A stretch of 64,000 bases of DNA from Antedon mediterranea. Lineage: Eukaryota > Animalia > Echinodermata. Below, piece after piece: positions 22,801 through 34,500 of this stretch. The stretch covers positions 26,040,001 to 26,104,000 of the forward strand of contig NC_092674.1 of assembly GCF_964355755.1 (NCBI RefSeq), written 5' to 3'. The position numbers were made by a program, and so were the translations under genes. The stretch's first letter is position 1. Each line of letters opens with the position of its first letter. Under the pieces are notes generated by a model that was not told where the DNA came from, made no database searches, and worked only from the letters and a program-made list of their open reading frames with translations.

Positions 22801-25407
22801 TTGATGAGTAAGGGTCTGGTAAAGACTTAGCCTAAAATACAAAGAAAATTCTTTTCCTCATAAGTTACATATTTTTAAACGTTGCTTCATCTCATACGTT
22901 ATCTTAAAAGCATATTACTTACTTGGAGTCCCTTTAAAGCAATCTCTGTATGGAAACCAGGGGAAACTGCAAACCCAAACGACCTTACGAGAGGATGTTC
23001 ATTCGAAGGATGTATCAACATCTGAAGAAAGCAAAGTCAGATTAGGTTGACATAATTATTCTCAAAGGTTTCACACTTTTATGTGTAATAGATGCGAGAC
23101 AGATTACATATGTTTAGGCCTAGCTTTTCAAACTTAATATGGATAAGGAAAGACCGGCGAGAAGAGTCCCTGAGAAGACAATGATAAAACGAATTGGCGT
23201 ACCTTAATTCCTTTAATGCCTTTTTCATGACCCGTATTTTCTGTATCATTGATATTAATCTGCAGGAATAAAGAACTTGAGACGCCAGCATGTGATACAT
23301 TACGCGTCGTCTTAAACGTGTAACACACCCCAAAATCAATGAGGTTAGTTGTAAAGTTTTCTGGTCCACAATCTTCTACACTCATCCATGTACACTCTGT
23401 AAGTAGATCTTTAATAGAGTGACTTGCTCTAAGGTAAAGCTCTGTAATGTTCCAATCGCTTATAGTAGAATAATTAGCAACATCTCCACTGTAGAATGCG
23501 CGAATTAACTCGAATTCTTCATCTGTTACCTGCGATTTACGTAACTGGTTGTAGTTGCAGAATGTAACGGCAGGAAACGCGATTTCGTCGTAGTGAGCAA
23601 TAGATATCTTAGTTGCAACTGGGTAAGACCTGTAGTTTTTAAGGGACGCTTGTAGTAAAATGAAGAGTGTGACTAATGCTACAGCAACAAGAATACACCA
23701 AATAAACCTGTAATATAATTTTTTTTTAAACACAATATATAAAACATATAAACACTAGGCCTATTTATGTGAATGATTTTATACACTTTTCTTTTTAAAT
23801 ATCTCGGATTTTGATACTGTATATAGGAAAAAACCGGAATTGAGATTTTGAACATATCAAGTCTACCTCATTAGATCAATGCAAATTGTTGTTGTCTCCA
23901 TTCAAATAGATCAAACGGCGTAATTAATATTACATTTCAACAAAATTAACGAATTATTGTTTGTTTATTGTTGACGCATAGAATATCAATCAATCAATCA
24001 ATCAATCCATCAATCAATCCTTCCATTTTTAAAGCGCCATTCCAACGAGGATTGCTCATAGAGCTGCCAAAAAGAATTTCTGATATTATGTAAAAGCAGA
24101 TTGTTTCAGAATCTAGGCCCAGCAGTGTACTGAATGTCCGATCTCCACCCATACGAGCTATGTTTTCTCCTTGATATTTGCAAGATAATTTAATTTCTCG
24201 ATCTCAGTTCTCTTTTTCTCACTAAAACTAGGCCAAAAAATAATGTGCAGTGATATAAGAAAGAATATATCCAGGCATATATTAGGCTTTAGAAATAATT
24301 TCAACAACTATTACACGAATTTCCTTATACTAAAATATAATTATTTACTATAGCATTGAATCGACCAGATGTGTTAATTACCAAGAGCTACATTCGACGT
24401 CAATCCGATTATCTCCAAACATTTTGTTTGGAAAAGAAAACTTCTTTTGTCATAAAACATTATTGATTGATTTTATTTATTAAAGATGTATTTTCCCTCA
24501 AAAAAGCATAACAAATGAAGATTAATTAAATCAGACTTTGAATAGGTTATTAATAAAGTTAATCACTTCCGTAGAAAAAAAACACAAAAAAATAATGTTT
24601 TCACTTATAAAATATCATATTAAATTGTTAAATCCAACCAAAAATCCATTGGATGGCAGCCAATTTGACCATTTTTGCTTTAAATTACAGTTTTTGTTCC
24701 TATTATGTGACATTAAAATGGCATATTCAACCAAACAAAATGTAAAACTAATGTTTCAGGGGGACAATACATCTTTAACCAAAGTTATCCAAAACAATAC
24801 TACACATTCAAAGTAATACAGGCAAAATCATTACAACAGTAAGATTTGATAACCAAATTTAAAACACCCATAATTCCAACAAACACATTTATCTTGTCAC
24901 TATACAGCAATAAATGCGATCATACATACTGGTCCCGATGGCGGAATTTAGCATTATGTAAAATGCATGTAAGTATTTAGGTCTACCGTATATTCTTTGA
25001 TTTACAAATCAAATTATTTTTTTGCTGCTGGTACTAGTCGTAAAGCTATAACAATTGTTATATAAATATGCCAAATGTATTTGAATTTCAAATTACTAAA
25101 TAATCGTTTTCATGTTTTCCTTTTGTGGAATAAGATTAAGCACTGGAACTGATATTGATGAATACATAGGTACCATGGTGTTATCAATTGAAACCGAGCC
25201 CCCATCAAGAATACAAATAGAAATGTCTTCAACGGTTACCTACCTTCTCGCAGCCCAGATTGATCGATTTCCGACGTAACGTATTCCGTGAAGAGACGTT
25301 TCGCCTGCAAACGTACACACTTCATCCGTTAAGCTGGATTTTGCACCAAGTGTATCCGCCTTCTCCCGACTGCTAATCGTAGACATCGGATATACCTTTT
25401 CATTCAT
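19859..25407 (-). CDS. DEG/ENaC channel C, 444 aa; exons 25244-25407, 23203-23707, 22923-23021, 22684-22831, 21029-21085, 20554-20707, 20190-20281, 19859-19974
   Basis: FAGETSLHGIRY, FPAVTFCNYN, FGVCYTF, CDCPLAC, TM2 LLSELGGNMGLICGMSLITVVELLD; canonical splice sites; frame intact. Confidence 0.92.
20316..20494. mobile_element. MITE family 2 full copy
   Basis: TAA|AGCTTGGTTCTCACTAG...CTAGTGGGAACCACGCT|TAA; near identical to 31100-31283 and (inverted) 10202-10380. Confidence 0.87.
21597..22450. repeat. Purine-rich minisatellite, ~150-170-bp unit, ~5 copies, in gene C intron 4
   Basis: GTCAATATGACTAATT(C/A)ATTTACTCTTTTGAAGGAAA recurs near 21749, 21914, 22084 and 22252 (degenerate at 21598), separated by A/G tracts. 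Confidence 0.9.
24484..24774. mobile_element. TTAA-flanked MITE (Kolobok-like)
   Basis: TTAA|AGATGTATTTTCCC...GGGACAATACATCT|TTAA; isolated right ends also at ~26486-26501 and ~46017-46032. Confidence 0.75.
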
Positions 25408-25855
25408 AATGTACACGTTTTAACTTTTTTTTAACGTTTAAACTTGGTATAATATCTTAAATCTGTGACAGTCCGTCAGATGACAAGCCTACTCTGTTGA
25501 TTAACAAATCTAAACTATTGATTTCTCAATAAATTACAATGTGGTCTTATGATTTCGACATGATGACGTATTATTAGATTCATTACCGTATACAATAATA
25601 TAAGGTTTAATCTATATGTACGTTAAGGGAAGATGTCAGTAAATCGCGCGTAATTTCTAAATGCTTTCTTAAATGGTATTGAAAGTTGGTAGGCCTACAT
25701 ACTTTGGTGTTAATTTTAGCCCACTTAATGAAATCTAGTTTGCTAATTAAATCGAGTTAGATAATTAGCTATTTACAATTAACAACGAACTTAGGTTAAA
25801 CCATTTGCTCAAATAGGGGGTTTCTATGGAATACACAGTCTATGATTGGTTGTAG

Positions 25856-27227
25856 AATTGTATCATTGCTTGATCCGGCCATAAGGTGCTGGATGTACGT
25901 GGTTGATATGTCAGTTGATCACATGCTACTGGACAATCGCATGACACATTTCTATCACTAACAAAACGATCTGAAGTAAAATTATTATTATTATTTAAAA
26001 AAACACCATTTTTGTTTGTTAGTAAGGTTATTTTTAATTCTTTACCTTTTAACCAATTGACACTAAAATATTGAACATTAATATCATATACTGAAATAAA
26101 ATATTAAACTTACATTTCGTCTGGAAAATCGTCACGAGTGAAAGTAAACAAAGATTTAAAACCATTAGTATGCATTATGCATAATGCTAATTAGGATTGT
26201 TTACAACTCGTCGCGGTTGAGAAGGTGTTTTCACACAGATCGCGAAGAAGTTCTATGATTATGCATACAGAGTAGCCAAACAAGTGCGTTGCATTTATGA
26301 GATATGTTTTGATCGAAAACTTTGACTGGAAGTCAATGTTATTTTTTGAACAAAAAAACGTCTGTATTTCGGTTAAATTATTATTTTTTCGACTAATTTT
26401 TGATGAAAGTTAATAACTATTATGATACTTCAAAATGACCCATTTTTTTTCAAAATATTAACATTTTTTTTTTGAATTAGTCAAAGACAATACATCTTTA
26501 AATTATAATTATAAAATGCACAGTACACGAAACATAATAATTAACTAGCGTCATGGGCACAACAATAATGTACAACACTTTTAAAAGTAAACCCAAAGGC
26601 AATTTACTGAAATGCTGTGGGTATCAGTGGCTGGATCTCAATGGAGAAGTTCAACACTTCTAGCCCTCTATATATACATATCGAGGTTTGTATTTTCAAT
26701 TCTTTTATAATTATAAAAGAATTTACCTTTTGATCATCGAATAAAATATGCAGTTTTTACTGAGAAAATAAGACACATTTTTCTGTCGAGTCTTTCTTTC
26801 GACAAACTGCGGAAAATGTTTAAAATGATGAATAGAGAAATTTACTTTATCCTTTAAATACACAAGCGTCTTAGACGCGAGAATAAAGATGATTTAAAGA
26901 TGATTTAAAGATGATTTAAATTACTAAATCACATTTAGTTTAATAGCCGCTGCAGTGATGTTTTGATATTCAGTAATAAAACAAAGGCCTCCGAGGCCCT
27001 ACCATGAAGTAAAAATAGAATCTTACATGGTTGCAGAATCGTGTAGGACTACCTACCTTCTGGCAGCCCAGATTGATTTCCTTCCGACGTAACGTATTCC
27101 GTGGAGACGTCTCGCCAGCAAACGTACATACTTCATCCGTCAAGCTGGATTTTTTACGTTGTTTTCCACCATTGGAATCTGTTTTGCTAATCGTAAACAT
27201 TGGATAAACTTTGCCGTTTTCATTCAT
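25856..27227 (-). pseudogene. DEG/ENaC pseudogene D: frameshifted exon 1 (27057-27227) plus truncated exon 6 (~25856-25970); exons 2-5, 7 and 8 not found
   Basis: Exon 1 MNENGKVYPMFTISK...FAGETS then TCT-C-CAC instead of TCT-CTT-CAC (2-nt deletion just before HG). The exon-6 piece DRFVSDRNVSCDCPVACDQLTYQPRTSSTLWPD lacks its 3' end and donor. Confidence 0.88.
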
Positions 27228-28269
27228 AACGTAGGCTAATTATACGTTAGTGAATATTGCCTTGGTATTTTAAATCCGTAACAATCAGAAGACAAAACAA
27301 ATCTGATGATTAAGGTGTTGAGCTCGTCAACATAAATGGTTGATTCGCAATTCTAATCAATCGATCTTTTAGAATAAAATCTAATTTGTACATTAATGGC
27401 ATATTATTACCGAGTTACAGCAACAAATAAAGTGTAATATACTGTAATATCATGGTAATATGTATTTTTAGTGTGGTCGTGTGCCCATGATGGAAAAATC
27501 GTGTTGTCCGAAAATGGTAACTACAGTCAATATGGTAGCAGCTTTTCATATTTTTGACAGAAAGTTTACTTCCAGTAACGCTTCATTGCTTCCGAAAGGT
27601 CATGGTGTGTCTACAAAAAATGGCCTAAGACAACTTAGGCGTGTTTACGGCTTTCGCTCTCTGCCGGTAAAATCAATTATTGCAGGCGATGATTGTACAC
27701 ACTGCATAGTCCGTGGGAGGTCTTTTGTTATCCATTGGGAAGCTTTCTAACATATAGACTATGTTATGCAATAAATCTGCTCACAGCACTCACTTGCACT
27801 CTGCAATTTCTATCTTAGTATTAACATAGTTATATATTTGCTTTTGTATTTTGTACTTATCCGGTCTTCTTTATTTAATAACTGTACTGTGTAATCAGGT
27901 TTCACGATTATGTTTAATTCATACTTTTAACTCTTGTAGGCCTAAGGAAGACAATCAAAATGTATTAGGCCTATTTGTACATTATAACTTTTGCCTCTTA
28001 TCAAAACTCAATTTCAATTCATTGTTGTTTCACGCATGACCAGTTATGAAGTTTGGACGTCATAATATTAATATTAACGCGCGCATTGAATCAAACACTA
28101 CTGTAGATAAGAAATCATAGATTGGTGTTTTTTAATACTTATAGTCTGAGTATTTGAATAGCAAGCTCTGATGAGCGACAATAATTGATAGTTATTGGTT
28201 ATTGATTGATGAAGTAGTTGGAATTTAATTTGAAATCACTGCTGTTACTTGTATTATAAATAATACTAA

Positions 28270-28875
28270 ATTTAGGGAGTCTTTAGGTATAATAATTAGT
28301 CAAACACTTACTTTTTTCTACTGGTTTTGGTTATATGGTTACAACAATATGTTAATAGTAAAGGTTTATTTTTGAGAGAATTTAAGTTGCGATTATGTGA
28401 TATTGAAAAACAAAAATGCATTCAAAAATTTAGTTCACATAATAAGTTAAGGCTCTTTTCTCTTTATAAAAAAGAAATATGTTTAAGTTATTACTTGACC
28501 AACATCAATAATTTTAAACTAAGAAGTTACGTTTAGGGATATTATAGCTAGAAATTGAAAAGGGCAGATGGGAGGGTGTAGAAAGGTATAAGAGAACGTG
28601 TAAATTATGTAAAAAGAACATTATTGAGGATGAATATCATTTTATTCTGCAATTTTATAATGATTTAAGAAAAAGTTTTATTCCAAGATTTATTCGTGCT
28701 TTTCCTTCTATTAATAAGCTATGTTTATTACTTTCCAACACAAATTTTACTTAAAATTTAGGAAAATACGTCTACTTTGCTTTTGAAAGAAGAAATCATT
28801 ATCTTAAGTTATAGTTATTTTTTATTTGTTTGTACTGTATTAGGGCCAAAGGCCAATATACATTGAACTAATAAA
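28270..28875 (+). mobile_element. Degenerate non-LTR retrotransposon 3' end (RTEX-like zinc-knuckle region)
   Basis: Translates with frameshifts to ...FLREFKLRLCDIEKQ...KLRLFSLYK...GRWEGVERYKRTCKLCKKNIIEDEYHFIL...YNDLRK...NLGKYVYFAFERR, followed by AATAAA. Clade assignment tentative. Confidence 0.75.
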
Positions 28876-29199
28876 TTCCCTGAAAAGGGAAAGAAGAATT
28901 AGATTCTATTATACTGTAATAATAAAAACACCATGCATAACAAAAAATAATCATCGTAGAACATACATTTTAAACTATTAAACGCTATACAAATTAATGC
29001 TTGGTTCTTTAAAAAATAAGGTAACGTTTGAAGACAGAGCCGGTCGCATATTATAGAGTAGACTAAGTTTGAGCTTTTCGAAACTTTTCACACTTTGGTA
29101 GATTTTTTCTTTATTTTATTTACACATTATTTATTTTCTGTATTTCATTTATCATTATCATTGAGTGGTTTACGATTTCAATATACAATAGCTACTTGG

Positions 29200-29610
29200 G
29201 CGTTTTAACACAAACGCAATTTCACCTGTAACCAACGCAGAAAAGCGTCTCATTTTTTGAGTGGTAACCAACACAACTAAATGGACGTAAAAAACAAAAC
29301 AAAAACGCAATTTCACCTGAACTAACGCAGTAAAACGCATTTCATTTCTTGAATGGTAACCAACACAGCTAAAGGGACGTAAACAACAAAACGCAATTTC
29401 ACCTGTAACCAACGCAGCATAAACGTATTTAATGTTTTCCAACACAGCTACAGGGACGTAAAAAACAATACGAAATTTCACCTGAACTAACGCGCACGCA
29501 GCAACAAAAAGCGTATCTTTTCTTGAGTGGTAACCAACACAGCTACAGGGACGTAAAATACAAACAAAAACGCAATTTCACCTGAACAAACGCAGCAAAA
29601 ACGCGTCACA
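29200..29610. repeat. Minisatellite (CAATTTCACCTG...AACGCAG...AACACAGCTACAGGGACGTAAA), ~90-bp unit, ~5 copies
   Basis: ATTTCACCTG at ~29219, 29311, 29396, 29476, 29575; related arrays at ~38070-38200 and ~43995-44100. Confidence 0.85.
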
Positions 29611-29831
29611 TTTGTTCTTGCAACAAACAACTGTTGATGCAGAAAAAGAAATTGTATTTACATTAGGCCTACTTGTTCATATCACTATTTAATAAATTGT
29701 TGAATAATGTAGCCGCACTTCTGTGTTGTAGTAAAACCAAGTATATTTACGTGATATCACTTAGGTCTCTCTTTACTTAATGTAAACACTAACGTACACG
29801 TATGAATGCTTATACATGCTTTTCAAATCGA

Positions 29832-31515
29832 CTAGTTTTTTTTATTGACTTTCTTTTTCATCAAACGCTGTAAAGCTGTGGCAATAATAAAGTCCAACAA
29901 TTCAATAACAGTAATCAAACTCATTCCACATATTAAACCCATGTTTCCGCCAATTTCAGCTGTAAAATAAGAACCTTTTTTGATTATATCTTACACGCAA
30001 ACAAGATGCTTATAAAGATATGCCTATCTATCGGTACGTCTAGTAGTAGTTACACGCCTGGTGTTTAGAGTGCTTCGTATTGCAAACTGCATCTACTTTA
30101 GTCTTTGATTGCAGTGTTCAATTCTGTTCTATAACAATTAGTATTGTTATTATTAAATTGTAGGCCTAATAAATAGCAATAATTGTGATCAACTTACAAA
30201 GCAACTGTGTGGCAGAGTATGACGGGACGAGTTCAACAACGGTCATGTCCAAATCTTCAAATGATATGCTAACTTGAAGAATGTTTTCCCTGAAATATAC
30301 ACAATATCGTAGGCTAGTGCTATAGATAAATTCTGTGAGACTACAAAAAGATGAATAACTTGTTTTCCTTTGTTCTAACGTTAAGATACGGGTTGTTTTG
30401 TCAATTTACGCTAGCGCAACGCAAACGCGGGTAACTAAAACTTGGTTCTCACTAGCGACTAAACGTAACGCAACCCACGCAACGTAAGAAAATGCCATTT
30501 CAATAATTGTGTTTTCCACCACCTGCGTGAAATCAAACCTGCGATGTTTGCAGCACTATACGTCGTCGGTTTCCACTTACGCAATACAGCACTTTGCGTC
30601 AATGCGTCGTTGCGTTGCGTCGCTAGTGGGAACCACGCTTAATGATGTAAATTGCGCAAAATATGACTTCGACGCCCTAGTGTGAACCACTCTTAATCAT
30701 TTACCTTACGTATTCTTTGGTATATCCATAATCGTTTTCAAATAATTGTATCATCGCTGGATCCGGCCATAAGGTGCTGGATGTACGTGAATCATATGTC
30801 AGCTGACCACATGCTACTGGACAATCGCATGAAACATTTTCATCAGTAACAAAACGGTCTGAAGTGAAAGTATTTATAGTTTTAAAAAAGTTCAACATTT
30901 CTAAAAGTTACACTTTTTGAATGGTCAAAGAGCAGTACATTTTTGCACATCCCTGTTGGTGTAGAATAGATTTTACCGAAATAAAATTGCAGAAACATTT
31001 GAATTAAAAAACAACAGCATTTGTACATGTACAAGAAATACATGTTGGAAACCATAACATTTGTGTGTCGGTAGAAGCAAAAAAACATTCCCTTACTAAA
31101 GCTTGGTTCCCACTAGAACGTAACGCAAGGACGTAAACGCAACGCAAGCGTTTTAACCAATGACAAGCGAAGTTATAGACAGTTAGCAATCACAAGCGAA
31201 AAGGCCATGCCATCGCCTGTGATTGGTCAATTCACTTGCGTTGCGTTACGTCCTTGCGTTGCGTCACTAGTGGGAACCACGCTTAATGCTTGGTTGCCGC
31301 AACGCAGGAACGTAAGCGCAACGCAAATGATTTGACCAATCAGGAACGATGGATTCATTCATTCATTCAATTCACATTTATTTACTCATCGTTTATAAAT
31401 ACAGTTTCATAGCATAAATGATGGCAAGGATCCTGCATAGAGAAGTTTACACTTCTGTTTTCGCAGGACCCTTTTACATAAAAAACATAAAACAATAAAC
31501 ACAACATAATAGATA

Positions 31516-31547
<32 letters not shown>

Positions 31548-34500
31548 ATTTCCTATATACATTTTAGAGTTGTTCATCATCAAAAAGCGATACTCTTTTT
31601 CTAACATGATTATTTATACATTTTGTCTTAAAAAAGAAGATATTCAGTTTATTACTTCCAGTACATGTGGATTCTTTCTATATATATTATAGCAAAAATA
31701 TGAATACATATAATATAAAACAGGCTATGTGCGATTACTCGCATGTCGTTGACCAACTCTCTTGCAGTGAGTCTACGTCCTTGCGTTGCGTATCTATAAG
31801 TGGGAGCCAAGTTTTACAGAGTCTAAAGCTGTCTACACTATCAAACTTTATGTCTCATCACTACCATATTTTGGCATATAACTACCATATTTGAGTACAT
31901 CACACTTTTTTGTCAAACTAGTTTGATAGTGTAACCTAAATGCGGATAACCTAACTAAGTCCACAATGCTTCATTTGAATTATGAATACGTAGGTTTATT
32001 CTTCATCAGTTTTTACCGTCAAGCATTAAGTAGATCAGGAAAGACTCAAATATTTTTCTTTTTTTAAATAGATAGACATAACTTACTGTAAGCCGGATCA
32101 CCACAAGTAATGGTCTGTATAACAGTACATTCTGGAACATCACCTAAATGTAACAAAAAAAATCAATGTTAAAAAGTTGAAATTTGTGAAAAAAACAAAT
32201 ACAAAACTAATTTGATCTCTTTGTTTTGAAAGGGTCTACAAATTCGGAATATTATGGCCACTGATCACCACCGAAAAACAACAAGATGAACTGTCTGTAT
32301 TAAAAAAAATTGATTGAAAGAATAAAGCAAATATGTTTCTTGTTTTTTTCTCTTTATGTGCATTGCGCATGCTCAGTTGGTAATCTAAAAATCTAATAGA
32401 TTCTTGAAAATGGAGGGAGTTTGAAACATTGCGGATTGTGAAAACCTATCATTTATCTTGATCTATGGAAAATGGACCACCATAGAATGCAATCTTCGTC
32501 GATATTAAATTGAAATTAAACTACGTATCTTATAGATGATACAAAAAGTTAAGTAAGTTTTTTCAAGCTACTTTATTATACAAACTTCATTATTTAAAAC
32601 GTTCTATACGAACCCATCGTATTGGACAGTCTACAACCACATTTTTCAGTGACGTAATCAAATCGACATTCCTCAATACAAAGAGCTTTGGTATAGGTGT
32701 CTGTGTATTTAAGCGTTTTCCCAGTGCACTTTGATGAGTAAGGGTCTGGTAAAGACTTAGTCTAGCATGAAAATAACAATTAGTATATTTTCCATTTGGT
32801 TAAACGATATGTATGTTATAGTAGACGATAGTATAATAAACGACACATTTAATTTCTATATTTTATACAATTATACTATTATATTTTGTAAAGGTTAAAT
32901 ACTACTTACCTCGACTCCTTTTAAAGCAATCTCTGTATGAAAACCAGGAGATACTGAAAATCCAAACGACTTTACAAGAGGAAGTTCATCTGAAGAATGT
33001 ATCATCATCTGGAGGGAAAGATTAGATTATTCAATTCAAATAGACATGAGTTAGTAGTTCTTTTTGAAAAACTAAAAACCTGCTTGACAGTTTTTCTGTC
33101 ATGCTCGGACAGCTTCCTCATCAAAATAGAGATATTTCATTTTTTCATTCTGTTATACATTCTTTGTTAAATGTTTGCTATGTATTGTGATTTACTGATC
33201 TGCATTGATGATGGTGATGTTGATGATGATGATGATGATGAAGACGACGACGACGACAATCAAGTTGAAAGAAAGCGTAAACTATTTTAAAGGCGGTCTA
33301 ACAATTTTAAAACATTATGTTGCGTATACTGAAATGCATTGGCTTCCGAAAGCGTTTCACTAAACTTAAATAGAAGCCTACAAGTGAACTTATCAAACTT
33401 AACCGTGGTTTCCACTAGAGACGCGGCGCAAAAATGACGCAGACAAAATGACAGTTTGAAAAATGCATCGCTTGTGATTGGTCAAATCAATAACGTTGCA
33501 TTACGTTCTCTAATGGAAACGAAACCTTAGGGATAAATGTAGGTGATGATAAAATGAATTGGCGTACCTTAATTCCTTTAATGCCTTTTTCATGACCAGT
33601 ATGATCTGTATCATTGATATTAATCTGCAGGAATAGAGAACTTGAGACGCCAGCATGCGATACATTACGCGTCGTCTTAAACGTGTAACACACCCCAAAG
33701 TCAATTAAAGTTGTTGTAAAGTTTTCTGGTCCACAATCTTCTAAACTCATCCATGTACACTCCGTAAGGAGATCCTCAATAGAGTGACTTGCTCTTAGGT
33801 AAAGCTCTGTAAGGTTCCAATCGTTTATAGTAGAAAAATTTTCAAATTCTCCACTGTAGAATGAGCGAATGAACCTCAATTCTTCGTCGGATACCTGCGA
33901 CTGACGTAACTGGTTGTAGTTGCAGAATGTAACGGCTGGAAACGCGATTTCATCGTAGTGAGCAATGGATATCTTCGTTGCAACTGGGTAAGACCTGTAG
34001 TTGTCAAGGGACTCTTTCAATATGATAACGAGAGATGTTAATGCTATGAAAACCAGAACACACCAAATATATCTGTAATAGTATAAATAGAAAAAAAACA
34101 ATATATAAACATATAAACAATTCTATCAATAATTATTAATCAGCAAATAAAATATGCAGACAGTTTTTATTGTGGTAAAAGACGAAACTTGTATTTTCGA
34201 TAAACTCGGCACTGTGTTAAAAGTTTTAACTGGAGAAGTTAAAAATAATCATTAATCAAGGATATGACATTGTCCATGAAAATATGATTAACAAAAACAA
34301 AGCGGACATTTTCAAAATGTTAAGGCTACCTCTTTGGAGAACATGAAACATATCTATATTGTACTAATAAATTATTTTATTCCATTAAGATATATTAAAA
34401 GGCATATTTCAACATAATTATTATTTTTTAATGTGGACACTGGAAAAACATTTAAACTAAACATAAAGTCAAATAATACAATGTATATAGTAGGCCTATT

